64,000 nt of DNA, from NCBI RefSeq assembly GCF_016908315.1, contig NZ_JAFBDQ010000005.1:1-64000 (forward strand), in the 5' to 3' direction. Positions 36,550-47,434 of this stretch are shown one piece after another. Source of the stretch: Halanaerobacter jeridensis (GTDB lineage: Bacteria > Bacillota > Halanaerobiia > Halobacteroidales > Halobacteroidaceae). Both the position numbers and the translations under genes were made by a program. Every line of letters begins with the position of its first letter. The first letter of the stretch is position 1. The notes under the pieces are model-generated. The model searched no databases and was not told the DNA's origin. It saw only the letters and a list, made by a program, of their open reading frames with translations.

Positions 36550-37293
36550 CTATTTCTTTAAACCAGCAATCCCTGCTAACATATTTTGATAATGCGACCC
36601 CTTCCAATATACTTTATTACACTGCTGACATAAATAAAACTCCTGATAATACTGCTTTGTTTTGGGTTCTAATTTATCAATTATTTTTTCTTTCTCTACT
36701 GCTTTTAGAAGCGTATTACATTCAGTACACCGGCCTCGCTGACCAACTTTGCCAAATAAATCATAGCGGCTTAAGACTGAATGCAGCTGCCGGCGCGGAT
36801 CATCTTCACGGACAAAGTAGCCGTAATTTACTCTACTTCTTTTCAATAGTCCATGGTCCCTAGTTAATAAAATCCTATCTTCTTCATCAGAAATTTGAGC
36901 CAATTCTGGATCATCATAATCATTGCGATACCAGCTATCAAAACCAAGCATTCTCATATAACGGGCCAATTTACCTAAATGAGCATCTAATACAAATTGA
37001 TACGGTGGCTCATATAGAGGGCGGAGCCTAATATCAGAAATAAGAGCAAAAGTTCTAAAAGCCGGATAAACACTAATCGAATCTTCAGCTTGGACATGAT
37101 AAGAAAAATCAACCGGTTCTCCATTACTCAAAATCAAACTCACCTCAGGGTGTGGTACACCAATACTCTCAATTCTATCTTTCACTGACTGGATACCTTT
37201 AAATTGATGATGATGCCAAGTTCCGGACTGTCCAGGTGGGAAGAAATCATTCAATTCAGCATAAAATCTAAAATAAGCCGTTTTCATCTTCAA
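36550..37293 (-). CDS. Mut7-C RNase-domain protein with a ubiquitin-like N-terminus (247 aa)
   Basis: FVLDAHLGKLARYMRMLGFD (PIN-like Mut7-C pattern) and a C-terminal zinc ribbon (CTECNTLL...CQQCNKVYWKGSH). Confidence 0.65.
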   Translation of the reverse strand: MKMKTAYFRFYAELNDFFPPGQSGTWHHHQFKGIQSVKDRIESIGVPHPEVSLILSNGEPVDFSYHVQAEDSISVYPAFRTFALISDIRLRPLYEPPYQFVLDAHLGKLARYMRMLGFDSWYRNDYDDPELAQISDEEDRILLTRDHGLLKRSRVNYGYFVREDDPRRQLHSVLSRYDLFGKVGQRGRCTECNTLLKAVEKEKIIDKLEPKTKQYYQEFYLCQQCNKVYWKGSHYQNMLAGIAGLKK

Positions 37294-37371
37294 TACGCCC
37301 TCCTTAATACAATTTACATATTTTCTCTGTATTATTATAACTTCTAGCTAATAATTAATTCTTCCTCTTGC

Positions 37372-37405
37372 AAATAAAAAACTTCTGGAGTTCAACCCCC
37401 AGAAG
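37372..37405 (-). terminator. intrinsic terminator after the MCP gene
   Basis: Stem CTTCTGG (37382-37388) with CCAGAAG (37399-37405), followed on the minus strand by TTTTTTATTT. Confidence 0.65.
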
Positions 37406-37423
37406 TAACTCTGCTTATCTTGA

Positions 37424-39019
37424 TTAAATTTTAAAGTAAGCAACTTCTTCTTGTAATTCTTGCGACATGGTTGCTAATTCTTGTGCTGATTCAGAAACTT
37501 CTTCTGACATAGTATCGATATCTTCAGCAGCATTCATCACTTCATCAGTATCTTTAACTAATGTCTGAGAAGCATGAGCAGTTTCTTCAATTTGAGCAGA
37601 AGTTTCTCCACTAGCATTTTTTATCTCAGCAAAAACTTCTCCTGTATTTTCAGCAATAGTTTGTCCTGTTTGGGCTTTTTCTTCTACTTCTCTAATAGCC
37701 TTAAGGCCAACTTTAGTTTTACTCTGTGTCTTATCAATTAGATTAGCAATCTTATCCGTAGCTTGAGAAGTTTCTTGAGCTAATTCTCTAATTTCATCCG
37801 CTACTACAGCAAATCCCTGTCCGTGTTCTCCGGCTCGAGCAGCTTCAATAGCAGCATTTAAAGCTAATAAATTAGTTTGCTCAGCAATACTATTAATTAA
37901 ATTAATTATATTCTCAATCTCTTCAGAATTATTATCTAAATCATCAATAGCATTTACTGCTTTAGAAACTAACTGATTAATATTATTTACATTAGTAATT
38001 GTGTCTTGAATATTTTTATCTCCTGTTTCTGTTTGGGCATTAGCTTCTTGAGCAAAACCAGCTACTTCTTCTGTACTAGCTGAAATCTGTTGAATACTAG
38101 AAGCCATCTTTTCAATTAAGTGTTTCGTAGTATCAATTGAAGCATTCCCCTCTTCTGCCGCAGCTGATAATTGCTGGCTATAAGCTGATAAATCTTCTGT
38201 CTTATCTAATAAATTAGTAATAATCTTTTTTAACTTATCCTGCATTTGAGTTAAAGCAGTTACTAAATCACTAACTTCATCATTAGATTTAACTTCTATC
38301 GCCTCTATAGTTAAATTACCCGATGCTATTTCATCAGCAAAATTAACAGCTTTATTTATAGGGCCAGAAATTCTTTTATTAATCAATAATGCAATTCCTA
38401 ATCCAATTATAATTGCTATAATAGTACTAATTAATATCACCTTTTGAGCTAAATTAACTTTCGTTTTTGCTATATTAAGGTTTCTTTCTTGCTCAGTAGT
38501 TAAATAATTTTGATATTGATTAAAATTGCTTTGTACTTTCTTTAAACTTTCATGCGTTTGATTATTATAAATTTCTAAGGCTAATTGATAGCCTTGCCCA
38601 TTTTGTATCCCTTGATTTTCTTTAATCTCAATAATTTTTTTAGCTGACTGATGAAGTTCTTTATGAGGCTGTTCAATATCTTTTAAAGTTTTCTGTATTT
38701 CAGACGGCATTTTCTTAAATTCTTCTGTATCCAATAATTGATAATATGTTTTCCCGAAAGCACATTGAGTATGGTCTAATTCTCCCGAAAAATCTTCTTG
38801 ATGTAAAATTACATCTGCTAAAGAATTCACCCATTCTAAATGATCAATCTCTCTTTCTAAAACATTTATTTTTTCAGCAGTTGAATTTTCCGCTTTTGAA
38901 TTAAAATTTTCAATTTCACCTATAAAATAAAAAGAAACTCCTCCCATAATTACCATCAATAACAAAACAATACCAAAACCACCTAAAATCTTTTGTTTAA
39001 TAGTTAATCTCATTATCAA
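37424..39019 (-). CDS. methyl-accepting chemotaxis protein (531 aa)
   Basis: Two TM segments, a HAMP-like region and a conserved signalling hairpin ([36 protein letters not shown]). The sensor region contains a [12 protein letters not shown] motif. Confidence 0.85.
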   Translation of the reverse strand: MIMRLTIKQKILGGFGIVLLLMVIMGGVSFYFIGEIENFNSKAENSTAEKINVLEREIDHLEWVNSLADVILHQEDFSGELDHTQCAFGKTYYQLLDTEEFKKMPSEIQKTLKDIEQPHKELHQSAKKIIEIKENQGIQNGQGYQLALEIYNNQTHESLKKVQSNFNQYQNYLTTEQERNLNIAKTKVNLAQKVILISTIIAIIIGLGIALLINKRISGPINKAVNFADEIASGNLTIEAIEVKSNDEVSDLVTALTQMQDKLKKIITNLLDKTEDLSAYSQQLSAAAEEGNASIDTTKHLIEKMASSIQQISASTEEVAGFAQEANAQTETGDKNIQDTITNVNNINQLVSKAVNAIDDLDNNSEEIENIINLINSIAEQTNLLALNAAIEAARAGEHGQGFAVVADEIRELAQETSQATDKIANLIDKTQSKTKVGLKAIREVEEKAQTGQTIAENTGEVFAEIKNASGETSAQIEETAHASQTLVKDTDEVMNAAEDIDTMSEEVSESAQELATMSQELQEEVAYFKI

Positions 39020-39228
39020 CCCTCCAACACTTCCAATTTATTTAATAATTTTATTGGCCTTAACAAAAATAATAATCATTATCATAATTATATCATAAAT
39101 TACATAAAATTTCAGCAATTATTTTTTAAATTTAAGTTAAATTATAATAATTAACAGGAATTTTTGTTATCTATAACGAAATTAAGATAATGAACTCTTA
39201 AACCAAATCATTTATGGAGGTGGCAATT

Positions 39229-40907
39229 TTGAAGAAAAAACACTTTTATTGTCCTTAGTCCTTTGTTTATTAGTATCTTTTTCTGTGACTGCAGCAGCAG
39301 ACGACTTACAGCTGAAAATTTTCCACACAAATGATACTCATGCCCGAGTGGAAGCAGGCAAATATGCTGGTATGGGATTTGCCAAAATTTCTAGTCTAGT
39401 CAAAGAAGCTCGCAATGAATCCGATAATGTTTTCGTTATTGATGCGGGAGATGCTTTTCACGGTCAAATCATTGCTAATCTAGTCGAAGGAAAAAGTATT
39501 GCTCAAATTTATAATGCTATTGGCTATGATGTGATGACACCTGGTAATCATGATTTCAACTATGGTGTTAAACGATTAAAAGAATTAAATGAAATGACTG
39601 ATTTTCCAGTTATCGCTGCTAATATTACTAACAAAGATGACACTCAAGACTATCCCTTCCCTCCAGGAGAAATTAAAACAATTGATGGAGTTAAAATTGC
39701 CTTTATTGGTTTAGCTACTCCAGAAACTGCTTATAAAACTCATCCAAAAAATGTACAAGGTATTACTTTCCAAGATCCAATTCAATCAGCTCAAAAGATG
39801 GTAGATAGACTACAAAAACAAGAAAATCCCGATATTATTATTGCTGTCAGCCATTTAGGTTTAAGTGAAGGTAGTAAATATACTAGTGCTGATGTAGCTA
39901 AAAAAGTAGATGCCATTGATTTAATTGTTGATGGTCACAGCCATCATGAATTAAAAGAAGGACGAGTCATCAATGATACCCCAATTGTTATGGCAGGAGA
40001 ACATACTAAGAACTTAGGTGTTGTTAACTTAACTATTGAGAATAAAAAATTAGTTAATAGCGAAGCCAATCTAATTACTAAAAAAGAAGCTGCAGATGTT
40101 AAGCCTGATCCAGAAATTACAAAGCTAGTCCAAGAAATCAAACAAGAACAGGACAAAATCACTTCTGAAGTGATTGGTAAAACTGCCGTAGAACTAAATG
40201 GAGCCCGGGCAAATATTCGGACTGGTGAAACTAACTTAGGTAATTTAGTTGCCGATGCAATGTTAAGTGCAGCTGATGCTGACGTGGCACTTACTAACAG
40301 TGGAGGTATTAGAGATTCTATTGCTCAAGGTGAAATAACTAAAGGTGATATCATCCGCGTCTTACCACTTGGTAACTATGTAGTTGTTAAGAAAATGAAA
40401 GGTAAAACTCTAATGGAAGCAGTTGAACACGGTTTAACACAATATCCAGCTCACGAAGGATTATTCCCACAAGTTGGCAATATGTCTATTATCTTTAACC
40501 GTTCTAAGCCAGCGGGAGATAGAGGGATGTTTCTTCACGTAAATGGAGAGTTTGTTAAACCTAATAAATACTACCGCGTAGCTACCAATGACTTTATGGC
40601 TGCTGGTGGGGATGGATATGATATGCTTAAAGACACAGAAACAGTGCAAGAAGCAGACGGTTTAGCAGAAATAGTAATTGATTATATTAAAGACAAAGGT
40701 ACTATAGCCCCTACTCAAAATGGAAGAATTCTATCTGTAGCTAAAGATAATAACCACTATATTTACAAAGTTGAAGCAGGAGATACATTATCAGAAATTT
40801 CTAACTGGTTTGGTGTTGAAATGTCTAAGATCATTAAATTAAATAATATTGAAAATCCAAATTTAGTTTATCCAGATACTAAAATAAAATTACCTCCAGC
40901 ACAATAA
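39229..40907 (+). CDS. secreted 5'-nucleotidase/metallophosphoesterase with a C-terminal LysM; apparent frameshift in A6 near the start
   Basis: NDTHAR, GDAFHG and GNHDFN motifs and a C-terminal LysM (YKVEAGDTLSEISNWFGVEMSKIIKLNNI). A TTG at 39229 is well spaced from GGAGGTG. It would give MKKKTLLLSLVLCLLVSFSVTAAAD only if the A6 run at 39235-39240 had one more A. The ORF-track start is the TTG at 39249. Confidence 0.75.
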
Positions 40908-40918
40908 ATACTAATCTC

Positions 40919-40950
40919 GGGATAAGTCTTTACGGCTTATCCCTTTTTTT
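40919..40950 (+). terminator. intrinsic terminator after the 5'-nucleotidase gene
   Basis: Stem GGGATAAG (40919-40926) with CTTATCCC (40936-40943), followed by T7. Confidence 0.7.
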
Positions 40951-41950
40951 AACAAAGACGCGGTAATAATTGCTTTTGCAATGGCCTTAAAATTCTCGTC
41001 CCTCCTAAATTAGTTGTCAAGCAGACTCTTGATTTATCTCCTGTAACTTCTCCAATTACTGCAGTGCCTGTTCCTATAGGGCTATCTTTCATAGCATTAA
41101 CTACTGCTTCCGCTTCTTCTGCAGCAGCAACACATAACACCCGCCCTTCACTTGCTAAATAAAGTGGATCGATTCCTAAGATTCCTCCTAAGCCTTGGAC
41201 CTCTTTTTTTATCGGTAGTATTTCTTCTTCTAAATTAATCGTAACCTGCTTTTGCTGAGCTATTTCATGTAGTGCAGTAGCTAATCCACCTCGTGTTGGA
41301 TCAGTTAAAAATTTAATTCCACCACTAGAGCTTAAAATTTGAGCAGTTAAATTATTTAATAAAGCACAGTCACTCGTTAATGCACTACTCACTTCAAATT
41401 CTTCTCGGCTAGCTAAAATAGCTGCTCCATGATCACCTATAGAACCACTAATTATTATTTTATCCCCTGTTTCTATTTTAGCATCTTGTAAATTGATATC
41501 CGGGCCAACTACTCCTAATCCAGTAGTATTAATATAAATCCCTCCTCCTTTACCCTGCGGCACTACCTTAGTATCTCCTGCTGCTATCTTAACCCCTGCC
41601 TTCCGTGCAGTTTCAGCTACTGACTTAATAATACGTTTTAATTTATCTATCTCCAACCCTTCTTCCAAAATCAATCCCAAAGTTAAATATAACGGGTGCG
41701 CTCCATTCACAGCCAAATCATTAACAGTACCGCAGACAGCTAATTTACCAATATCCCCCCCAGGAAAAAAGATGGGATCAACGACAAAAGAATCTGTAGT
41801 AGTTACTAATTCCCCTTCTACTTCAGGCAAATAAGCAGCATCATCCTGCTGCAATAAGATATCATTACCGCAATAATAATAAATAATATCTTTAATTAAC
41901 TCCTGCATTAACTCCCCACCATTACCGTGGGCCAAAGTTATCGTTTTCAC
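40949..41950 (-). CDS. hypE: hydrogenase maturation protein HypE
   Basis: ITLAHGNGGELM near the N-terminus and a C-terminal ...LLPRLC. The likely start is the GTG at 41950, after AGGAAAGGAG; the ORF-track start at 41989 is probably too far upstream. Confidence 0.85.
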   Translation of the reverse strand: MKTITLAHGNGGELMQELIKDIIYYYCGNDILLQQDDAAYLPEVEGELVTTTDSFVVDPIFFPGGDIGKLAVCGTVNDLAVNGAHPLYLTLGLILEEGLEIDKLKRIIKSVAETARKAGVKIAAGDTKVVPQGKGGGIYINTTGLGVVGPDINLQDAKIETGDKIIISGSIGDHGAAILASREEFEVSSALTSDCALLNNLTAQILSSSGGIKFLTDPTRGGLATALHEIAQQKQVTINLEEEILPIKKEVQGLGGILGIDPLYLASEGRVLCVAAAEEAEAVVNAMKDSPIGTGTAVIGEVTGDKSRVCLTTNLGGTRILRPLQKQLLPRLC

Positions 41951-42008
41951 TTTGCTCACTCCTTTCCTAAATTCTATATAAATCTTCACTTTTTAGTGAA
42001 GATTTATA

Positions 42009-42150
42009 GTAATTAGTAACAAGTAAAGAGTGATGAGTAGAAAATCAAAAACAAAGTCAAAACCAAGTTCAAAAACTATAATCTTAGTGGTTGTGTCTTT
42101 TTTAAGATTTTGATTTTATGGTTTTGACTCATTACTGATTACTCTTTACT
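42009..42150. repeat. imperfect inverted copy pair of the AGTRA-word repeat family in the hypD-hypE spacer
   Basis: The left arm AGTAATTAGTAACAAGTAAAGAGTGATGAGTAGAAAATCAAAAACAAAGTCAAAACC and the right arm GATTTTGATTTTATGGTTTTGACTCATTACTGATTACTCTTTACT share their vocabulary (AGTGATGAGTA, GTAATCAGTAA, AAAGTCAA) with 25961-26400. Confidence 0.6.
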
Positions 42151-43263
42151 ATAAAGTTTCATTTTCACTGAAACTTTATATAGGTACGCCGCGCAACTCC
42201 CCTCCTGCGAGACCATACATGGGCCCAGAGGATGTGATGGAGTACATTTTGTCCCAAATAACTCACAATCAGTTGGCTTTTTTATTCCCATCAACACCTC
42301 TCCACAACTACACCCCGACTGTTTTGCTACTTTACCAGTTGCAGAAGCAAAATCAAATTTATTCTCAGCAGCAAATTCTTGATATTCCGGCCTTAATTCT
42401 AACCCTGAATTAGTTATCTTTCCCAAACCACGCCACCGACTTACAGTAGAGGTGAAAACTTGCTCCATAATCTTTAAAGCCTTTGGATTTCCTTTCTGTT
42501 CGACAACTCTAGGATAGGCATTGACTACTTTAGCTTCCTGTCTTACAATCATCTCCATAATTTGCTCTAAAGCAAAGAGAATATCACCTACTTCAAAACC
42601 AGCTACAACAGCAGGTAAATCATATTCTTTAGCCAAAAACTGAAAAGGTTCTACTCCAATGATACTAGCTACATGCCCCGGACACAAAAAGCCATCTATA
42701 TCTAAGTACTGATTTAAAACTAACTCTTCCATCACCGGCGGCATTGTTTTGAGAGCTTGTAACAAAGAATAGTTAGTCAGATTCTTTTTTTGCGCGTCTA
42801 AAATACTTAACGCAATCACAGGCGCAGTAGTTTCAAAACCAACAGCTAAAAATACAACTTCTTGTTCAGGATTATTTTCAGCAATCTTGACAGCATCTAG
42901 CGGTGAATATACTGTTTTAACATTTGGCCCCTGGGCTTGTTCTAATTCCAAAGTACTGTTACTACCCGGCACTTTTAAAAAATCAGCAAAAGTTGCTACC
43001 ATTACTCCTTCTTGCTGAGCCAAACTAATAGCAGTATCTATATAACTAAACGGCGTTACACAAATTGGGCAGCCTGGACCTGTCAATAATTCTACATTAG
43101 ACGGCAGTAGTTCCCGCAGCCCAATCTTCGAGATAGCCTGCGTATGAGTACCGCAAACTTCCATTATTTTAATCTTTCCTTTAACTACTGTGAATTCTTG
43201 CTGCAATTTTTCTAAGAGTTTACTGTTTATCTTTGCAGCCCTAAATTGTTCTAAGTAATTCAT
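42139..43263 (-). CDS. hypD: hydrogenase maturation protein HypD
   Basis: 374 aa with the CGTHT-type motif (EVCGTHTQAI), GPGCPICVTP and FLCPGHVASIIG. Confidence 0.85.
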   Translation of the reverse strand: MNYLEQFRAAKINSKLLEKLQQEFTVVKGKIKIMEVCGTHTQAISKIGLRELLPSNVELLTGPGCPICVTPFSYIDTAISLAQQEGVMVATFADFLKVPGSNSTLELEQAQGPNVKTVYSPLDAVKIAENNPEQEVVFLAVGFETTAPVIALSILDAQKKNLTNYSLLQALKTMPPVMEELVLNQYLDIDGFLCPGHVASIIGVEPFQFLAKEYDLPAVVAGFEVGDILFALEQIMEMIVRQEAKVVNAYPRVVEQKGNPKALKIMEQVFTSTVSRWRGLGKITNSGLELRPEYQEFAAENKFDFASATGKVAKQSGCSCGEVLMGIKKPTDCELFGTKCTPSHPLGPCMVSQEGSCAAYLYKVSVKMKLYSKE

Positions 43264-43493
43264 CTTTCTTCCCCCGCATCTTGGGCCAAATCTCTAAAAG
43301 CAGCTAAAGTTTCCTGGGCTGCAGATTGATTTAACTTTTGAATCGCACATCCCGAATGAAGCAGCACATAGTCTCCTACCTCTACTTCCGAAATCAAAGT
43401 AATATTGACTGTCTTTCTAACTCCTTTTACTGCTCCTACAGCCTCTGTATCATTAACAATTTCTATAACTTTAACCGGCACAGCAATACACAT
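43260..43493 (-). CDS. hypC: hydrogenase maturation protein HypC
   Basis: 77 aa beginning MCIAVPVKV. It overlaps hypD by 4 nt. Confidence 0.85.
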   Translation of the reverse strand: MCIAVPVKVIEIVNDTEAVGAVKGVRKTVNITLISEVEVGDYVLLHSGCAIQKLNQSAAQETLAAFRDLAQDAGEER

Positions 43494-44813
43494 TACAAAT
43501 GACCCCTCTCTTGATAATTAGCTACTGCTAATTGTCCTACTGCTAAGCCCTCATCAGTACAAGGAATCTTATGAGGTAGATGAACTTTAAATCCCCCAGC
43601 TGTTAACTTGCGATAAACCTCAATCAATAAGATCTGATTCTGCCATACCCCTCCACTTAATACTACATGATCTAATTTGAATTGTAGTCGCAATATCTCA
43701 CATAACCTAACACTAAAATTAATCACTGTATTATGAAATTTACGAGCAATCATACCTGCATCTACTCCCGCTCTTAAATCAGCAGCAATTTCTTTTATCA
43801 AAGTGGTAATCAAAATCTGATACTGACCTGCTCTCTTGCTGATTTGATAATTATAACTATCATTATTATTAACAGTTTGAGCTGCAGTTTCTAACTTAAG
43901 AGCAGCCTGCCCTTGATAACTCCTTTTTAAACACAATCCTAATAGAGCTGCTACTGCCGCAAATAATCGTCCAAGACTAGAAGTAAGAGGACAATTAATA
44001 TCTTGTTCTAACATTTGCTCTACTGCAGCTAATTTATCAGGCTTTATTTGAGACATATTTTGAGTAAAGATTTCAGTTACTTCTATTCCCGCCTGGTGGA
44101 GATAACTAACTGCCATCCGCCATGGTTCCTTAACTGCTTGATCTCCGCCGGGTTGAGCTACATACTGCAAATGACCTACACGCATAAAATCACTATAATC
44201 ACAAATAAAAAACTCCCCCCCACAAGTGACCATCAGTTCCTAAACCTACTCCATCAAAAGCAATTCCAATCACCGGTTGTTGGAGTTGATGTTCAACCAT
44301 AGAACTGACTAAATGGGCATGATGATGCTGCACTGCTATCTTCTCACCTGGTAATTGCTGAGCATAATGAGTAGAATAATAACCCTCATGTAAATCATGA
44401 ACAATTAACTCCGGTTCTATATCATACAACTGCTCTAAATGTTCAATATTATCTTGATAACGTTGGTAAGTCTCTAAGTTACTTAGACTGCCTGTGTACT
44501 GACTTACAAAAGCAAATTCTCCTTTGCTGAGACAGAATGTATTCTTTAAATCTCCTCCACAGGCCAAAGTAGCTACCTCTGAGCTTACTTTAATCACTTG
44601 TGGTGCAAAACCACGGCCGTGTCTAATTACTCGTTCATGACCAAGGGCTACATTGGTTACTGCATCATCTACCGGCACCTCTATCTTGCGATTATGTAAT
44701 AAACAGTAGTCAGCTACTGCAGTTAATTCTTCTCCTGCTCTTTGATTAGTATATTCTAACGGTAGTCCACTTAAATTTCCACTTGTCGCTACTAATACAT
44801 CAAGTCCATGGGC
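43493..44813 (-). pseudogene. hypF: hypF, C-terminal (Kae1-like) part, itself frameshifted
   Basis: ..AHGLDVLVATSGNLSGLPLEYTNQRAGEELTAVADYCLLHNRKIEVPVDDAVT.. then ..GLGTDGHLWGG, with a frame change in the C7 run at 44215-44221 (G7 on minus), then EFFICDYSDFMRVGHLQYVAQPGGDQAVKEPWRMAVSYL... The first codons of the ORF-track ORF 44199-44855 derive from the IS right end. Confidence 0.8.
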
Positions 44814-45047
44814 CAATGACCTACCTGAAGGGCAAGCCCGTTCAGGTTTCTTCATTCATTGAAACGAGCCTAATCTGAACCTACCGTAAATGGCAAGACA
44901 AATCAGGTCTTACAGTTTCTAGACCAGCCAAAAGACTGGTTGAGGCAACTTACAACGCCTCCAGAAGCTTGATTTCCCGTCAGCCCGACGGTAAATATGT
45001 TTTTTATGAGCTTCACGAAAAGTCCGTTAGGACTTGTAGGATGTGGA
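44814..45047 (-). ncRNA. predicted TnpB omega/right-end RNA region
   Basis: A structured, comparatively GC-rich 234 bp lies between the tnpB stop and the IS right terminus, and is conserved in the orphan copy. By analogy to characterised TnpB systems the guide would be read from the flank beginning at 44813. The boundaries are not determined. Confidence 0.45.
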
Positions 45048-46181
45048 CTAACCTGCTAACAGTTTCTTTCCTTCTTGGAGGATATTCAAACTTGCGTTAA
45101 GGTCACGATCATGTTCAGCACCACATTCACAGGTCCAGTTTCTTACAGATAGATCTTTAACATTTGGATTTTTAGTTCCACATTCGTTGCAAGTTTGAGA
45201 ACTTGCGAAAAATCTATCTACCTTTTGAATGATACAATTATACCAGTCACCTTTATATTCTAGCATATCTGTAAATTTGCCCCAAGATACATCTGTTATA
45301 TGTTTGCCAAGTTTGCTGTTTTTGACCATACCTTCAATGTTTAAGTTTTCAAGACAGATAAATTGATTTTCTTTAACTAGTCTTGTACTTAATTTATGGA
45401 GGAAATCAGTTCGTACATTTTTGATCTTTTCATGTACTTTAGCAATCTTATGTTTGAGCTTTTGCCAGTTATTAGAACCTTCTTTTTTACGAGCTAATTG
45501 TTTTTGTAATCTGGCTAGTTTATTTTCATATTTAGAAAGATGTTTAGGATTTTCTATCTTTTCGCCCTCTGATGTAATAGCAAAATCTTTGAGACCTAGA
45601 TCAATTCCTATCTGACCATCATTGGAATAATTAACTTCTACAACTTTAATTTTTTCAACATTGATAGAGATATAATACTTTCCTGTTCTTGATTTAGAGA
45701 CTGTAACATTATTTAATTTACCTCCAATATTTTCTTCACTATAATTAGAAAATTTGATCCAAGAAACTTTAGGAAGTTTGATTTTATTTCCTTTGATTTC
45801 TATACTTTCAGTTCCGCTAGATCGTTTAAAATATTCGGTACGATATGATAGTCGAGAACCTTTCTTGCTTTTGAAATTAGGGAATCCTTTATCACCGTTA
45901 AAGAAATCTTGGAAAGCTTTATCTAGATCTCTAATTGATTGCTGCAAAGCTATAGAATCAGCATTTTTAAGCCATGAAGTTTCTTCCTGATTTTTAAGTT
46001 TAGGAAGATCTTTAATATATTGAGTTTTATTTGCATAGCCATTTTGTTTAGCTTTGTCTAAAAAATAATTATATACCCATCGGCTAGACCCTATAGTTTG
46101 GTTGATTATATCTTTTTGCTTTTGATTTGGATATATCCGACATTTATATCCCCGTTCGATAGGAACAAATCGCTTAATCAT
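45048..46181 (-). CDS. tnpB: TnpB (RuvC-like RNA-guided nuclease family, 377 aa)
   Basis: RuvC motifs IGIDLGLKDFA, ICLENLNIEGM and DRDLNASLNI, and the zinc ribbon CNECGTKN...CECGAEHDRD. Confidence 0.9.
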   Translation of the reverse strand: MIKRFVPIERGYKCRIYPNQKQKDIINQTIGSSRWVYNYFLDKAKQNGYANKTQYIKDLPKLKNQEETSWLKNADSIALQQSIRDLDKAFQDFFNGDKGFPNFKSKKGSRLSYRTEYFKRSSGTESIEIKGNKIKLPKVSWIKFSNYSEENIGGKLNNVTVSKSRTGKYYISINVEKIKVVEVNYSNDGQIGIDLGLKDFAITSEGEKIENPKHLSKYENKLARLQKQLARKKEGSNNWQKLKHKIAKVHEKIKNVRTDFLHKLSTRLVKENQFICLENLNIEGMVKNSKLGKHITDVSWGKFTDMLEYKGDWYNCIIQKVDRFFASSQTCNECGTKNPNVKDLSVRNWTCECGAEHDRDLNASLNILQEGKKLLAG

Positions 46182-46197
46182 AATTTGACCTCATTCC

Positions 46198-46602
46198 CTA
46201 TTTAAGGTTTTGATTTTTTATATAATTTCTAATAGTTTCAATATTAGCATTACCTACTGTATCTACAAAATATCCTTTGCTCCACAAAGAACCACAACGA
46301 TCATAAAAAATCTTTAATTTAGGATGTTCCTTGAAAAGTTTAATTGCTGATATGCTTTTAATAGTTCTTACTATATCAGTAGGAGCAACTGTGGGTCTAG
46401 CAGATACAAAAATATGAATGTGATCTGGCATTACTTCTAACTCTAATATTTTATAGTTATATCTGTTACAAATATTAATGATAATATCTTTTAAAGATAA
46501 AGCTATATCGCCATTTAAAACTTCAAATCTGAATTTAGGACACCAAACTAAATGATATTTGATGGAATATTTACAATGGTTAGTAGAATTATATTCATTC
46601 AT
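46198..46602 (-). CDS. tnpA: IS200-type Y1 (HUH) transposase TnpA (134 aa)
   Basis: HUH motif PDHIHIFVS and a C-terminal catalytic-Tyr region (ETIRNYIKNQ). Confidence 0.9.
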   Translation of the reverse strand: MNEYNSTNHCKYSIKYHLVWCPKFRFEVLNGDIALSLKDIIINICNRYNYKILELEVMPDHIHIFVSARPTVAPTDIVRTIKSISAIKLFKEHPKLKIFYDRCGSLWSKGYFVDTVGNANIETIRNYIKNQNLK

Positions 46603-46756
46603 TTAAATCATACTTTTCTTTGATACTTCTACGCATTAAATCTAAATAGCTTAGTGTAGTCTCTTCTTCAACTGAATAAATACTAGCTAAATTTTCTAAT
46701 TCCCGATCAAAAGGAATTGCAATATTAATTTTAGTATTATCTTTACTTGAAGACAT
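46595..46756 (-). CDS. small ORF inside the IS left end, possible ribbon-helix-helix protein (53 aa)
   Basis: MSSSKDNTKINIAIPFDRELENLASIYSVEEETTLSYLDLMRRSIKEKYDLNE. It overlaps the tnpA start by 8 nt. A beta-strand-like INIAIPFD is followed by helical segments. It is below the ORF-track size cut-off. Confidence 0.35.
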   Translation of the reverse strand: MSSSKDNTKINIAIPFDRELENLASIYSVEEETTLSYLDLMRRSIKEKYDLNE

Positions 46757-46854
46757 TTTATTTGCTCCTTTAACACATATTATCCCACAATAGATTATAT
46801 ATTATGTGAATAGTTGTGTTCTTGACCCAAGGGCAAGCCCGTTGGGTTTTTTAC

Positions 46855-47434
46855 ACAAAAACAATAACTGTGGCCCACAATCAGGGCAGGCATTTGGCTG
46901 AGCATGAAAGCGCCTGCTAGTCGGATCTTGATATTCACTAAGGCAATCTTCACACATACTAAAATCAGACATAGTAGTTGACTCCCTGTCATATGGTATA
47001 CTCTCAATAATTGAAAAGCGTGGGCCGCAGTTCGTGCAATTAATAAACGGATATCTATATCTTCTATCATCTCCATCTAATAATTCCTCTTGGCATTGTG
47101 AACATAAAGCTGCATCTGGAGTCACAAAGGTTAACTGTTCATTATCATCTGTACTATCTTTGATTTTAAAATGTTGATAATTCGTAGATTGCAGCTGGTT
47201 GATTATTATCTCTTCTATTTGGGCCAAGGTTGGCGGATTAGATTTAATTTGATTAATCAAATTAGTTACTCCCCGCAGCGAGCCCTGCACATCAATTTCT
47301 ACCCCCTGCTGAGTATTATTAACTTCTCCTTGTACATCATAATGCTGAGCTAAATTATAAACAAAGGGTCTAAAGCCAACTCCTTGTACTATGCCCTTTA
47401 CTATCACAAACTTACGAATTACTTGCTCATTCAT
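46855..47434 (-). pseudogene. hypF: hypF, N-terminal part (acylphosphatase plus zinc fingers)
   Basis: VIVKGIVQGVGFRPFVYNLA (acylphosphatase-like), then CSQC...CTNCGPRFSII...CEDC...CPDCGPQLLF, where the IS begins. The tail of ORF 46802-47434 is IS-derived. Confidence 0.8.

Larger units (their letters stand above)
44814..46854 (-). mobile_element. IS200/IS605-family insertion sequence (tnpA + tnpB, 2041 bp) inside hypF
   Basis: The left-end hairpin is at about 46826-46848 and the right-end hairpin at about 44826-44848. The termini were defined by comparison with the miniature copy at 29733-30087. It is inserted 3' of TTGT (plus-strand ACAA at 46855-46858). Confidence 0.85.

Noticed and set aside
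44810-44816. A GGGCCAA copy at the IS/hypF junction
   Set aside because: The word is created by joining the flank (..GGGC) to the IS terminus (CAATG..). I excluded it from the heptamer count.
46795-47076. 93-aa minus-strand ORF overlapping the hypF N-terminal fragment
   Set aside because: It is in an alternative frame to the recognisable HypF zinc-finger sequence and runs into the IS left end. It is most likely spurious.
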